Positions 1-11,828 of a stretch of 64,000 nt of DNA are shown here, piece by piece (position 1 is the stretch's first letter; every line of letters begins with the position of its first letter). The notes under the pieces were generated by a model, which saw only the letters and a list, made by a program, of their open reading frames with translations, ran no database searches and was not told where the DNA came from. A program made the position numbers and the translations under genes. The stretch spans positions 3,351,223 through 3,415,222 of the forward strand of contig OZ316892.1 of assembly GCA_973895155.1 (NCBI GenBank). The letters run 5' to 3'. This DNA is from Marsupella aquatica. Its lineage: Eukaryota; Plantae; Marchantiophyta.

Positions 1-309
1 GGCTCTTCAGAATTATATCCACACCGTAGTGCATGTAAACAATACTTACATATACAACATGACTAGGGATTAAGCTCTTGGTGTTATATTCCCAACGATG
101 CCTCCAATCAAGACTTTACTACATCCAAGATTCCTATGGTAAATGACTAGAGGCGAAGAATGCAGTTGCTTGAGAGCTTCCAATTATATCCCACGTACTG
201 GTGTGTGCAAACAATATTATATATATTTACAATTATAATAACGTATCAAGTGTTTTTTTAGTCCTTTGTCTCAATAAGGCTCATGGGCATGAAATATACA
301 CAACCTTTG

Positions 310-455
310 GATTTGATTGGCTGTTTCCTTGTTTTCAGGATCATTGATGGAAACAATGGACACATCTGGCAGATATGTGCTTCCCCACATTGCCCCATAA
401 ATGCCTATACCGACTCCCTATGGACCAGCCTTTCTTGCGCAACGCACGGGCATAG
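310..455. repeat. Dispersed ~150-bp repeat; two more copies lie in tandem at 58922-59225
   Basis: CATTGATGGA..AATGG.CA..TCT..CATATGT.CTTCCCCAC...GCCCCATAAATGCC...GACTCCCTATGG.CCAGCC...TTGCGC..AACGCACGGGCATAG is shared with 58922-59070 and 59075-59225. Confidence 0.8.
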
Positions 456-624
456 TGCTCGTATCCCACATGAAACAGGGATGAAGCTGTTAGAGTTATC
501 TCCCACACAATTCCTGAAATCAAAACTTTACTACATCCAAGATGCCTGTGGCACCTCACTAGAGGCAAAGAAAAATGCCTTTGCTTGAGCCTAGAGGCAA
601 AGATTGATGAGGGCGCGGCCATCC

Positions 625-1115
625 TCACCACTCATATAGATTCCTATTTAGGAGTCAGTCAAAGCCTACAGTAGAATGATTCACCACTCATATAGATTCC
701 TATTTAGCAGTCAGTCCAAGCCTAAAGTAGAATGATTTAGCAGTCAGTCCAAGCCTACAGTACAATGATGCATTGCTTTTCCTCCTGATGATCTCTAGTG
801 AGAAAATCTGTCATACTATGATTCCTTACTTTCTTAGATCTCTCGAGAGAAAAAATCTGTCATACTATGATTCCTCACTTTGATTCCTCACTTTCTTAGA
901 TCTCTCGAGAGAAAATCTTTCAGACTATGATTCGTTACTTTTCTTCCATCCCTCCTGAGAAAAGCGGCCATTGTAGGATTCGATACTTTTCTTAGGTCTC
1001 TGGAAAGAAATTGGGTCGGTCAGACCAAACGTTCCTTAGATCTATCGTCAGAAATTCAATCACAACTTTTCTTAGATCTATCGTCAGAAATTCAATCACA
1101 ACTTTTCTTAGATCT
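625..1115. repeat. Compound tandem repeats upstream of the deaminase gene
   Basis: 56-bp unit at 625-680 and 681-736 plus a partial copy; degenerate ~50-bp units with CTTAGATCTCTCGAGAGAAAA..CTGTCATACTATGATTCC at 790-1010; exact 36-bp duplication at 1035-1070 and 1071-1106. Confidence 0.85.
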
Positions 1116-1374
1116 CTCTTGAGAAATCGGTGCAACAAGATCTCTTCGTAGCAATTACTTCGAGACGATCAAAGCTTTGGGAGCTACCACGATAGTTCTC
1201 GAGCAAGTATAATGTGGAAAATTTGTGGTCTTGGAGCTCTGTCAACAGCACATCGGTAGAATTGCGTCGATTACTAGTACGAAAGCTCGTCTTCTCAAAG
1301 CCGTGCAAGCAAATTTGTGATTTGTGATTGCAATTATCGAGTTTGATTAGGCTCCGTTGTCACCGAATCTAGGC

Positions 1375-2031
1375 ATGGATACAACGGATCCCACGAAGCT
1401 CATCACACGGTTCTTGGATGTGATTGAGTCCGACGTTGCGCCGAAAACTCGTGTGGCAGTTCAGAGCGGCAACAAGGTGTTCGGCGCGGCGATCCTGAAG
1501 AAATCCGACCTGTCGCTGGTCATCGCCGACACCAACAATGCGTCGATGAACCCTCTCTGGCACGGCGAAGTGCACACCATCGTCAAGCTCTACGAGCGCG
1601 ACGCCAGCACTGTGCCGAACCCTAAGGACTGCATCTTCCTCGCCACGCACGAGCCCTGCTCTCTCTGCCTCTCCGCCATCACTTGGGCAGGCTACGACAA
1701 CTTCTACTACTTGTTCTCGTACGAAGACACCCGCGATAGCTTCGCCATGCCCTACGACATAGAAATCCTTAAAGAGGTCTTCACCGTGCCTCGTCTTGGC
1801 ACTGCACCAGCTTCCGCCGCAGCAGCAGCAGAGGCTCCGCTCTACAATCGCAGCAACAAGTTCTGGACGAGCCACCATATCAGGAAGATGATCGAAACGC
1901 TTCCGCCTGGTTCCCGCACCGCATTGGAGGCGCGGGTGACCGCGCTCAAGGAGGAGTACGCTGCTTTCTCGAGCGCTTACCAAGACACCAGAGCTGCTGA
2001 CGACAATGTGAACGCCATCCCGTTCTCCTGA
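1375..2031 (+). CDS. Intronless zinc-dependent nucleoside/nucleobase deaminase (cytidine/dCMP deaminase superfamily), bacterial/fungal type
   Basis: 218-aa ORF from ATG 1375 with VFGAAIL, NPLWHGE (HxE) and THEPCSLCLSAITWAG (PCxxC); no introns; visibly GC-richer codons than the flanks. Confidence 0.9.
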   Translation: MDTTDPTKLITRFLDVIESDVAPKTRVAVQSGNKVFGAAILKKSDLSLVIADTNNASMNPLWHGEVHTIVKLYERDASTVPNPKDCIFLATHEPCSLCLSAITWAGYDNFYYLFSYEDTRDSFAMPYDIEILKEVFTVPRLGTAPASAAAAAEAPLYNRSNKFWTSHHIRKMIETLPPGSRTALEARVTALKEEYAAFSSAYQDTRAADDNVNAIPFS

Positions 2032-4655
2032 ATCCTGATGGAAACGGGCCGATCGTCCACCTACTTGTAAATCCGCATTATATATTTCAATCCGCATTTG
2101 TTCAACATAACGTTTGTTGTATGAGTCTTCTGTGCCGGAACCTCAATGTTGTCAATGTACATTGATTTGATTCAACAGACCCACCAAGATCCCTTTGTGA
2201 GCTCGGGAAAGAACAATTTGAGCTTCGCTGATCAGACAGGACATCGCAGAATAGCCATCTCACCTACATTGAATATTTTCTAGCGCATTTAAGTATGTTT
2301 TGATGCAACCGACCGACCACGACGCGCTTGTGAGCTTGGATACAACGATTTGAGCTAAGGTCGAGCAGACAGGAAATGACAGAGTAGCAATGTCACCCAT
2401 TTCGACTATTTCTCGTGCATTCACGTATGTTCTGCACAACTGGAACAAACTAGGGTTTCCTTTGAGTTTTCCTTTCGAATTGATCAATGGAAGAGCCACA
2501 AGTCTGCGAAAGGTCGTAATTGTGAACGCCTTTCAATGGTATTTAGATCAGTCTAGATTTCACTTTGTACTATTTCCAACACAATGACAACGGACAGAAG
2601 AAATTCGCACAGACAATATGACCAGCAAAAAGGGTCAAGTGACAAGTTCCTTGTTTTAGTGACAATGGTGACATTATTGTATGCTAGTCCTCATTTGATA
2701 GCTGGGACTCAAAACTCATTGTCACTAAAGCCCTCATTTGTCAGTTTTGGAGTTTTGAAGTTTCTATTTCATTACGAAACTCCTCCTTGTACCAATTTTT
2801 TAGGGAGTTGTAAATTTGATGTTATATCTCATCGCCTAGATTCCAAATATGCTTCTGTCATATCAACCTTACTTATGATCAAGGAGTTTTCAAAAGTGTT
2901 TTATCACATTAGTAACTAGGCAATGCTAGGTTTTGTTGTCATCCCTTTCTCCTCCCCAATTTAGAAAGTAGTATATTAACTACATTTTACATGCCTAGAT
3001 CTCATGGCCTAGTATCCGAGTATACTTTTGTCTGCTCAACCAGACTTACTAGTAAACCACACCTGCCATTATAAAAGCCTCATTTAGTCTCATTATTCAC
3101 CATAAAAGGTGGAACACTTGCCCAAAAAAGGTTTTATAGTCAGCACCTTTTGTGGAACTCTTGTGCTCTTTACAATGAGAGCTATGGGTTACAGGGGCAC
3201 GTGTGGTTTAAGGAGTTATGAATTTTCAAAATTGTTTTGTTGTAACATTACTAACAGCCACACAGGCAATGCTTGGCTTTGGGCTGTAACCCCATTATTC
3301 TATTTGGGGTAACTAATCCCTCTAATTACATTAAGTGTTCCTTTCAAGAAAATAAAATAAAAGGTTAGAGGCCATTTGTAGAGCGTGAGAGGCAAGAGAG
3401 AGGGCAAAGAAAAGAGAAGGAAATTGGAGGGGGGTATAGTGGAGTGAAAATTTTCATTTAAACTATTATAAACCCTTGCCCTCGCTTGCCTATGGCTTCA
3501 AAGGTTTTTTACTACCCTTGAAACTTTTTTTCTTGACATCCCGCGCCAACCACAAAACCCAACCCTGACTCTCCTCCCCACCTACACAACTGCTGCCTTC
3601 TCCTTGATGTTCATCTGTGCAACTTCAAGCTCTCCTCCTTTCTGCATGTAAGCGTTTGCTTTGACCACCTTTTGCATTGACAACATCCTTCTCTTTGAAC
3701 TACCATTTTCTTGTGCAATCTTTCAATGACCACCTTCCACATCTACAACATGGATAGAATGAGAATACTTCTTCTCAGCAACACATTTTTTGCAGCAACA
3801 TGCTTCCTCCAAGACACATTTTCCCATGACAACAGCACTTTTGTAGCAATGAAACTTCTATAGCAATACAGCCACAATGAGAACCCTGGCCAAAGCAACA
3901 GCACTTCCACAACAATAACATGATGACAATAACAACACTTCCAGACAATAACACACCGGCACCAAATTGTCAATCCAATAATACTTCCACAACTAAAGTA
4001 AACATGACGGCAATCATGACCTCACTGGCCATACCAACAACACTTCCATGATCATATGGCAATGACACTGCCCCAATGACAAGTGTGCAATGCCCAGGCA
4101 TTGGGTCACATGATATTTTAAGGAATAATGTCATTGCCAATTTTTACAGTGGTAGTCATTCAAATTTGTAGGGCACAAAAAATAAGAAATTTGGTAGACG
4201 GACGGAGTAAAGACAATAAAAATTTAATTTAGTGTGAATCAAAAAGAGTCACACCAATATCCAACTAGGAGGGAATCAAATGGGACAGACAAACAAAAAA
4301 AGGAACCTCACTAACACAATGCCTAAGGAGTATCCTCTCTCCATGATAGGTAGTAAGGAAAACCTTAAAGATTACACTGAGCCTAGGCTAAGAGAATACA
4401 ACAAAACCCAAATTGGCTCTTTCTCTTGTTTTCTCATTTATTGGTTCTGTTTTTATATATATTTATTAGTGAGGGTTACCCTGTTCACATGACTCACAAC
4501 CTGTGAGATCTGTGATAGAACTCAAGGTCAATGGCCAGTACAGCAGGTCAATACTATGCTGTACTTGGCAAAGATTGGGCAAAGTCTTTAGGTCCAAGTC
4601 AGACACAGTCTTCGAGGTCAAGACTGTGCTGGACAAAGTCAGATGACAAGTCCCT

Positions 4656-4798
4656 AGATTTAAGGAATAGGGTTAGATTGTGGTGAATGGGGTCCATGAT
4701 TTGGTGGGAAAATGACTAATGATATAGATAGAATGTAGCAAATTTTAGTCAAAAAATGGAGGTAGAATTTGGCAACACTCGCACCTAAAACATAAGCT
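4656..4798. repeat. Dispersed repeat, second copy at about 24857-25017
   Basis: TAGATTTAAGGA....TTAGATT.TGGTGAA.TGGGGT.CATGATTTGGTG..AAA.TGAC.AATG...TAGCAAAT.TTAG...GGAGGT.GAATTT.GCAA is seen at both loci. Confidence 0.7.
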
Positions 4799-5330
4799 CA
4801 TGTGGAGGCCTCTCAAAGGGGCGAAAACAGGTCAATGGTACCACCACACACCTGGGCAGGTTAATCAGAGTGGAGGAGGCCATTCAGGTTGCCGGCCCCC
4901 TATGCACAGTGCATTGGGTGCTTCAAATCCTTGTCTTCTATTGGCACTGGTCTTTCCTTCGCTGAACAGCAGAGGGGGGAGTACCAGTTTGAGGTCAAAC
5001 AGAATGATTGTTACACTAGTGTTACTTAATGTGTGCACTACTATGTTATTAGTTAGCATTGGTGATGCTAATTGAAGAGTAAACCCAGATAAAATAGGTT
5101 AAACAAACAGTGTTACCAAGAACACTGTTTAGAGCTGTGAACAGTTTAGAGCAATTTCATTCATTATAGTGGTCAGAGTTACAATGACCAAGGGTGATAA
5201 AAAAAGCAATAGATTCTGTCAAAATAATAGAGACCTAAGGATAAACAATACTTTTACGGCAAGGACAAAAGTCTCATGGGCTACCTATATACCTGGTCAG
5301 TGAGGATCAGAAGTCTAGAAACCTGGTTTG

Positions 5331-5751
5331 TGTTGGGTATTTACTCTTACGTCTAGGTTAGGTATGACGTGGTTGGTACAACAACGTGGGTTGGTACAAC
5401 TACGTGGTTAGGTACAACTACGTGATTAGGTACAACTATGTGGTTAGGTACAACTACGTGATTAGGTACAACTATGTGGTTAGGTACAACTAAGTTGCAC
5501 ACTATATCATAAGAGGCATGTGTGCTTGGAGAGGTAGAACCAAGGCTCATTGTTATGGAGCCACTTGAGAGATAGGGAGAGCTTACACTGTGGAGACTCG
5601 GTATAGCCGACGGGCTTAGAGTTCAGTAAAGCTCTCTTGTGTGTTCCCGTGGACGTAGCCTCAAGGAGGTGAACCACGTATCTCTTGTGTCGACTATTGT
5701 GCGTTGGATGGTTCATGGGCTTGCCGTTGCGATCGTCGTCTATGCTCAACA
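5331..5751 (+). repeat. 5' LTR (421 bp) with an 18-bp tandem array in U3 (5367-5493)
   Basis: Begins TGTTG and ends CAACA; identical to 11408-11828 except C5677 versus T11754. Confidence 0.97.
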
Positions 5752-5753
5752 AT

Positions 5754-5765
5754 TGGTATCAGAGC
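5754..5765 (+). promoter_or_regulatory. Primer binding site complementary to initiator tRNA-Met
   Basis: TGGTATCAGAGC two bases after the 5' LTR. Confidence 0.95.
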
Positions 5766-6905
5766 ATGCTTGGGAGGTGATGTGTGTTCGTGACGGGATT
5801 TCATGACGGTTTTTCCAGCGTTGAGTGTCGGTGGATTTCCCAGAGTTCCGTCGCATGGAACTTTGAGTTTATTGGCTCAACGGATAGATCAGGGCAAGAG
5901 CTTTCTAACGGTGTAAAGAAATCGCTGAACGGAGCTCGTGGTGTAGAGAGATCTAGGTTTTTGTCGTTCTGGATTTTGTGAAGAAAGTTGGCAATCGACT
6001 CGGAGGGAGAAGCGTCAAGTGTTTTGACTCAACGGAGAGATTGAGGCAAGACGATTGTTTTGAGTCCGGGATTGGCTCTTTGATGCAAAGAGGAAGGCTA
6101 AGCAAAAATCAATTATCTTGTTGGACTTGGTGACGGCACCAAGTGCAATTGATCAACATTCGTTGTTGACAAGGTACCATTTTTTTCTCTTTGAAAAACT
6201 GATTCGAAATTGGCTATGGCAATTGAGAGAAATCTGTCATCTTTACCAATTTTTTTCTCTCTCGTTCTTTCCTCGTTTTGGGTGCTTCTTATATCGATCT
6301 TCATTGCCTCGGAGTCTAGTTTCCAAATCTGAAATCGGATCTTGATTTCGTCAAAACCCGAGTGAGATATCTTGCGTTTGGTGTCGAGGGGTACATTCTG
6401 CCGTGTGTATTTTCAGCGCGCGCAACCAGATTTCGACGACGAAGGGTGGTAGGGGGTTTTGGGGGTTCGAGGACACATGTCAGCCCCTCGATTGTTCTTC
6501 CAAAATTCCCACAGGGCCTGTACAAGGGTCATAGAATATTCCAAAAAACCAGAGAGCTATTTTTTGACCGTCCGACAAAGATTTCATCCACCGAACGGTA
6601 ACTTTTTTGGTTATTTTTCGGCGAGGTCGTAGCCATTGAAGTTGGCAACGCAACGCACCGATCACATCGCAATTCCGACAATGGGTTGTACTTGGTATTT
6701 CGGTTATTCCCTGAGGTGGTCAAAACGGGGGAGTTTCCCAAGGTTTTACCCACCTCGACCGAAATTTGAATAACTTTTCCGTCAAATTTTGATTTTGATT
6801 TCGGTTTTCAGTATTGGACTCCTAGCTTTGTGGGCTACGCGGCGGTGTTTAGTTTCGAGTTTTTTGAGAAGTTGTGAAAAACAACATTTTTTGTGATTTT
6901 CTCAT

Positions 6906-9900
6906 ATGAGTGATTCGGAGGAGTTTTTTGAAGACGTGGAACTTGAAGCACGAGGATCACCGCGGAGGTTTCAGGGGCAGAGAGAGGAGCAGGAGGAAGA
7001 GCACGTGACACCGATACCATCACCGGTGCGGCGTGTGGTGGAGGAAGCAGTACTACTACCGGAGCTCACGGTAGTGCCAAAGAAGAAGATGAGGACTTTC
7101 AAGCTTGGGGGACCCAAGTATGAAGTGACAAAATATGATGGGCGCTCTGACTACTTGCTATGGGAGAAGCAAGTGAAGGGAGTGCTCTATGCGTCAGGGA
7201 TGGGCCAACTGCTGAGCCCTCGTGAAGACGATGTTGATGAGAAACAATGGGACCGCATGCAGGAGCAGGGAGTGTGGTGTGTTACACTCTATCTCATGCC
7301 TCCCATCATCAAGCAGTTGGGTGCACATAAGGATTGCATGTCCTTGTTTGCGGAATTGCAGAGCAAGTATCACCGCAAGGAGTTGTCGAACCGGCTCTAC
7401 ACTTCCTACAAACTGATGAGTTTCAGGATGAAGGAATCCGGTACGAAGTTGCAAGACCATGTCGATGCTTTCAACGACATGGTCGTTGACTTGGAAAACC
7501 TTGGGGAGACTTTGAATGATGAGACGAAGGCTCTGCAGCTTCTTAGTTCATTGCCTCCATCTTACCAGTCCCTATCACGAGTGTTGTTGCATCGTGATAG
7601 GGATACCATTTCATACAATGACGTGGTAAGTTCTCTGCTTAGTGATGATCTTTAGCAAAAGATGCACATCACGTCACAGCCTTCATCATCTGGTGCTGCC
7701 CTCAATGTTAACCGTGGGAGGAGTATGCAGCGACCAACTAGGGACCGTAGAACCCAATTTAGATCTAAATCCAGATCTAAGTCCAAGGGTAAATCCCCTC
7801 AGAGGAGGCAGGTGACATGTTGGAAGTGCAACCAAGTTGGACACTTCAAGCGAGACTGTAAGGGAAAGGCAGCGGAAACTTCATCGGCAAATATGGCTAG
7901 GGCTGATGAAGAAGTTGATTTACTCAATGATGAGTATGTTTTATGAAGCCGGGAGTATGCCCTGTGCACGTCATCTAGGAGAGCAGATGATGTGTGGATT
8001 CTTGATTGTGCTTGCTCTTTTCATATTTGTTACATTCGTGAGTTTTTCAGTTCTTACTCTATTTCAAACGGTTCAGTTCTGATGGGAAATGATCACTCCT
8101 GTCAAATTGAGGGAATTGGGTCTGTGAAGATTCAAATGTTTGATGGCGCTGTGCGCACAGTGTCCGGAGTCAGGTATGTACCTGGCATGCGTAAGAATCT
8201 GATTTCACTCGGTGTGTTAGATTCAAATGTTCATCAATGGAGCGTTATTGATGGTGAACTTCAAGTCAGGTCGGGAGAGACAGTGATTTTGAAAGGGAGT
8301 AGACAAAAGAATTTGTATGTGTTACAGGGCAATACTGTATGTGGAGAGGCCAATGTAACCAAGTCTCACGAGGAGATGACTCAACTGTGGCATTCACGGC
8401 TAGGCCACATGAGTGAGAAGGGTTTGGCTATCTTACGGAAGAATGGACTCATTTCTGATTTGCAATCTTGTAAATTAGAGTTTTGTGAGCATTGCATTCT
8501 TGGAAAGTAGCATCGTCGTGCTTTTGGTGTTGGAACTCATCGTTCCAAAGCGGTTCTTGAGTACATACATAGTGACGTGTGGGGTCCATCCCCGACTCCC
8601 TCACACTCTGGAAAGTTGTACTATGTATCATTTATTGATGATTACTCAAGATTTGTGTGGATTTATTTCATGACGCATAAGTCTGATGTCTTGTCCATTT
8701 TTAAGAAGTGGAAGGCCAGGTGGAGAATCAGACTGGAAACACGATCAAGTGTTTGGATACAAGGGTGAAGAGTCTGAGGTCAGACAACGGCGAGGAGTAC
8801 ACTTCAATGGAATTTGAAGAGTACTGTTCAGAACAGGGGATAACTCGCCATCTCACCACAGTTTATACTCCGCAGCAGAATGGTGTCGTTGAGAGGCTCA
8901 ATCAGACACTGTTGGAGCGGTCACGGAGTATGTTGAGCCAATCAGGTTTACCACAAGAATTTTGGGCAAAAGCTGTCAATACCGCAGCTTATTTGGTAAA
9001 TTTTTCTCCTTCTAGAGCTATCAATTTCAAAACGCCGTTTGAGATGCGCTATAAGCGGCAAGCAGACTATCATGGCTTGGTAGTTTTTGGAAGTGATGCA
9101 TATGCTCTCACACCGAAGCAGAATAGGACCAAGTTGGATCCTACCTCCAGGAAATATGTTTTTCTTGGGTACCAGAGTGGTGTGAAAGCCTATAGGCTAT
9201 GGGATCCTATTGCCTGTAAGCTCGTTGTCAGTAGGGATGTTTCCTTCAATGAATCCAGATTATTGAAGGAGGGGGAGAATACTCAGGTCTCCCGTACTGA
9301 CAAAGGAAAATCTCCTATCCCGGATCTCGTTGAGGGGGAGATTGGTTATGAGGTGCATGACCGGAGAGAAGGAGTTGCTCCAATTATGGAGCTGGTTCCT
9401 GTGCCAGAGGAACCAGAGGAGTTTGTTGATGCTGGTGAGCAGCAAGTGGATGCTGTTGAGCTTCAAATTGTACCAGCACACGCAGATCAACCGGAGTCAT
9501 CGGCTAGAAGAACATCTGGTCGCACTGTACGCGCTCCACCAAGGTATGGACAGTGGGTTGATTCATCTCAACTGCAAGAGGATGATTTTACAGCTGATGA
9601 TGAGGGTGATGTGTTAATTTTGGAAGAAGGGGAACCTTCTTCATTTCATGAGGCAAGTGCTTCAAAGGAGAAGCAGAAGTGGACTGCAGCAATGCAAACG
9701 GAGATGCAGTCACTAAAGGACAACAAAACTTGGGAGCTTGTTAAGCTGCCTAAGGGTCAGCAAGTGGTGGACAGCAAGTGGATTTACAAGCTGAAGGATA
9801 ATTCCATAGGAGGTGGATCGAAGGTCTACAAGGCTAGATTGGTAGCAAAGGGATTCACACAAGAGAAAGGTGTGGATTACAATGAGGTCTTCTCACCAGT

Positions 9901-11218
9901 TGCTAAGTACTCTACAATACGACTATTGTGTGTACTTGTTGTAATGTTTGGTCTGCTCCTAGATCAGATGGATGTTGTCACAGCTTTCCTCTATGGCACA
10001 TTGGAAGAGGTGATCTTCATGAGACAACCGCTAGGTTTTGTGAAGAGAGGACAGGAGGAATTGGTTTGCAGATTGCTGAAATCCTTGTATGGGTTGAAGC
10101 AGTCACCAAGACAGTGGAACAAGCGGTTTGACGATTGGATTCGGTCACAAGGTTTTCACAGAAGTGTATTTGACCCTTGTGTGTATTTGAAACCGGTGAA
10201 GAATGTTGTCTTTGGGTTCATTGTTTTAGTACTTTATGTGGATGACATGCTAATTGCAGCCAAGGATAGGTCTGAGATTGTTAAGCTCAAGGCACTGCTT
10301 AGTGCAGAGTTTAAGATGAAGGACTTAGGGCCAGCTAAGAGGATTTTGGGTATGGAGATCACTAGGGACTTGGAGGCTGGCAAGCTATGGTTGACGCAAA
10401 GCAGTTATGCGAGGAAGGTAATTGCAAGGTTCAACATGGAGAATAGCAAGCCAGTAAGTACCCCGTTGGCTCCACACTTCAAGTTATCATCAGCGTTCTG
10501 TTCTATGGATGACACAGAGAAGGGGTTGATGTCAAAGGTTCCATATGACAAGGCAGTGGGGAGTCTCATGTATTTGATGACTTGCACTAGACCTGATCTT
10601 GCCATGGCTATGGGCAAGGTGAGCAGGTACATGTCGAATCCAGGGAAGGTACACTGGGAAGCAGTGAAGTGGATTATCAGGTACTTGAAGGGTACCGTGG
10701 ATCATGGTCTTTTATTTGATGCGAATGCAAAGAATGCTAGATCATTGATTGGCTATGTAGATTCTGACTATGGACAAGATTTGGACCGAAGGAGATCAAC
10801 AACAGGATACGTGTTCACACTTGGCGGTGGATGCATAAGTTGGAGGTCTACTTTGCAGAAGTGTATTGCTCAGTCTACTACAGAAGCGGAGTATGTTGCA
10901 GCTGCGGAAGCAGCAAAGGAAGCGATTTGGTTGGATAGACTTATCACTGAAATGGGATTGCCACAGGGGAATGTGAAGCTCCATTGTGATAGTCAAAGTG
11001 CGCTCCACCTTGCTGTGAACCAGGTGATGGACAGCAGAGTGAAGCACATTGACGTCAGGTACCATTTTATCAGGCAGGCTGTGTCTGATAATTTGTTTGA
11101 GCTAGTCAAGATTGATGGTAAACTCAACCCGGCTGACGCATTTACCAAAGTGATTCCTTTGGAGAGTTTCTCTAGACACCGTGACGTATTGCAGGTTTTG
11201 CAATTGCATCACAAGTAG
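6906..11218 (+). pseudogene. Copia gag-pol polyprotein, interrupted
   Basis: Gag zinc knuckle CWKCNQVGHFKRDC; protease WILDCACSFH; integrase LWHSRLGH, CEHC, RSDNG, QQNGVVER; RT YVDD; RNase H KHIDVRYHF. Lesions: TAG 7653-7655, TGA 7944-7946, TAG 8508-8510, 1-bp frameshift near 8716. Confidence 0.95.
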
Positions 11219-11396
11219 AGTTTTCTTAAACATTCATTGTAATTACTGATATATGCTCTTCCTCATTCCTATGTATTAGGCTACGGCTTAGTTCTGGTTT
11301 GCTCTAGTTAGAGAGGGAAACCGGTTTGGTTTCTGTCCAGAACTTCCCGCTGAGGGATCATATACATTGGCAGTATTACTCTCCCCTAGACCAGAC

Positions 11397-11406
11397 AAGG
11401 GGAAGA
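11397..11406 (+). promoter_or_regulatory. Polypurine tract
   Basis: AAGGGGAAGA just before the 3' LTR. Confidence 0.85.
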
Positions 11407-11407
11407 T

Positions 11408-11828
11408 TGTTGGGTATTTACTCTTACGTCTAGGTTAGGTATGACGTGGTTGGTACAACAACGTGGGTTGGTACAACTACGTGGTTAGGTACAACTACGT
11501 GATTAGGTACAACTATGTGGTTAGGTACAACTACGTGATTAGGTACAACTATGTGGTTAGGTACAACTAAGTTGCACACTATATCATAAGAGGCATGTGT
11601 GCTTGGAGAGGTAGAACCAAGGCTCATTGTTATGGAGCCACTTGAGAGATAGGGAGAGCTTACACTGTGGAGACTCGGTATAGCCGACGGGCTTAGAGTT
11701 CAGTAAAGCTCTCTTGTGTGTTCCCGTGGACGTAGCCTCAAGGAGGTGAACCATGTATCTCTTGTGTCGACTATTGTGCGTTGGATGGTTCATGGGCTTG
11801 CCGTTGCGATCGTCGTCTATGCTCAACA
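11408..11828 (+). repeat. 3' LTR (421 bp)
   Basis: Direct repeat of 5331-5751, followed by TSD GTTTG. Confidence 0.97.

Larger units (their letters stand above)
5331..11828 (+). mobile_element. Full-length Ty1/copia LTR retrotransposon, recently inserted, coding region disabled
   Basis: TG...CA LTRs at 5331-5751 and 11408-11828; GTTTG TSD at 5326-5330 and 11829-11833; PBS; PPT; domain order gag-PR-IN-RT-RH. Confidence 0.98.

Noticed and set aside
1369-2097. 242-aa antisense ORF overlapping the deaminase
   Set aside because: No recognisable motifs; explained as a shadow of GC-biased codon usage on the sense strand
5353-5550. ORF with (VVPNHI/V)n repeats, also at 11430-11627; the array superficially resembles a CRISPR
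   Set aside because: It is the translation of the 18-bp LTR tandem repeat; no unique spacers, no cas genes, eukaryotic context
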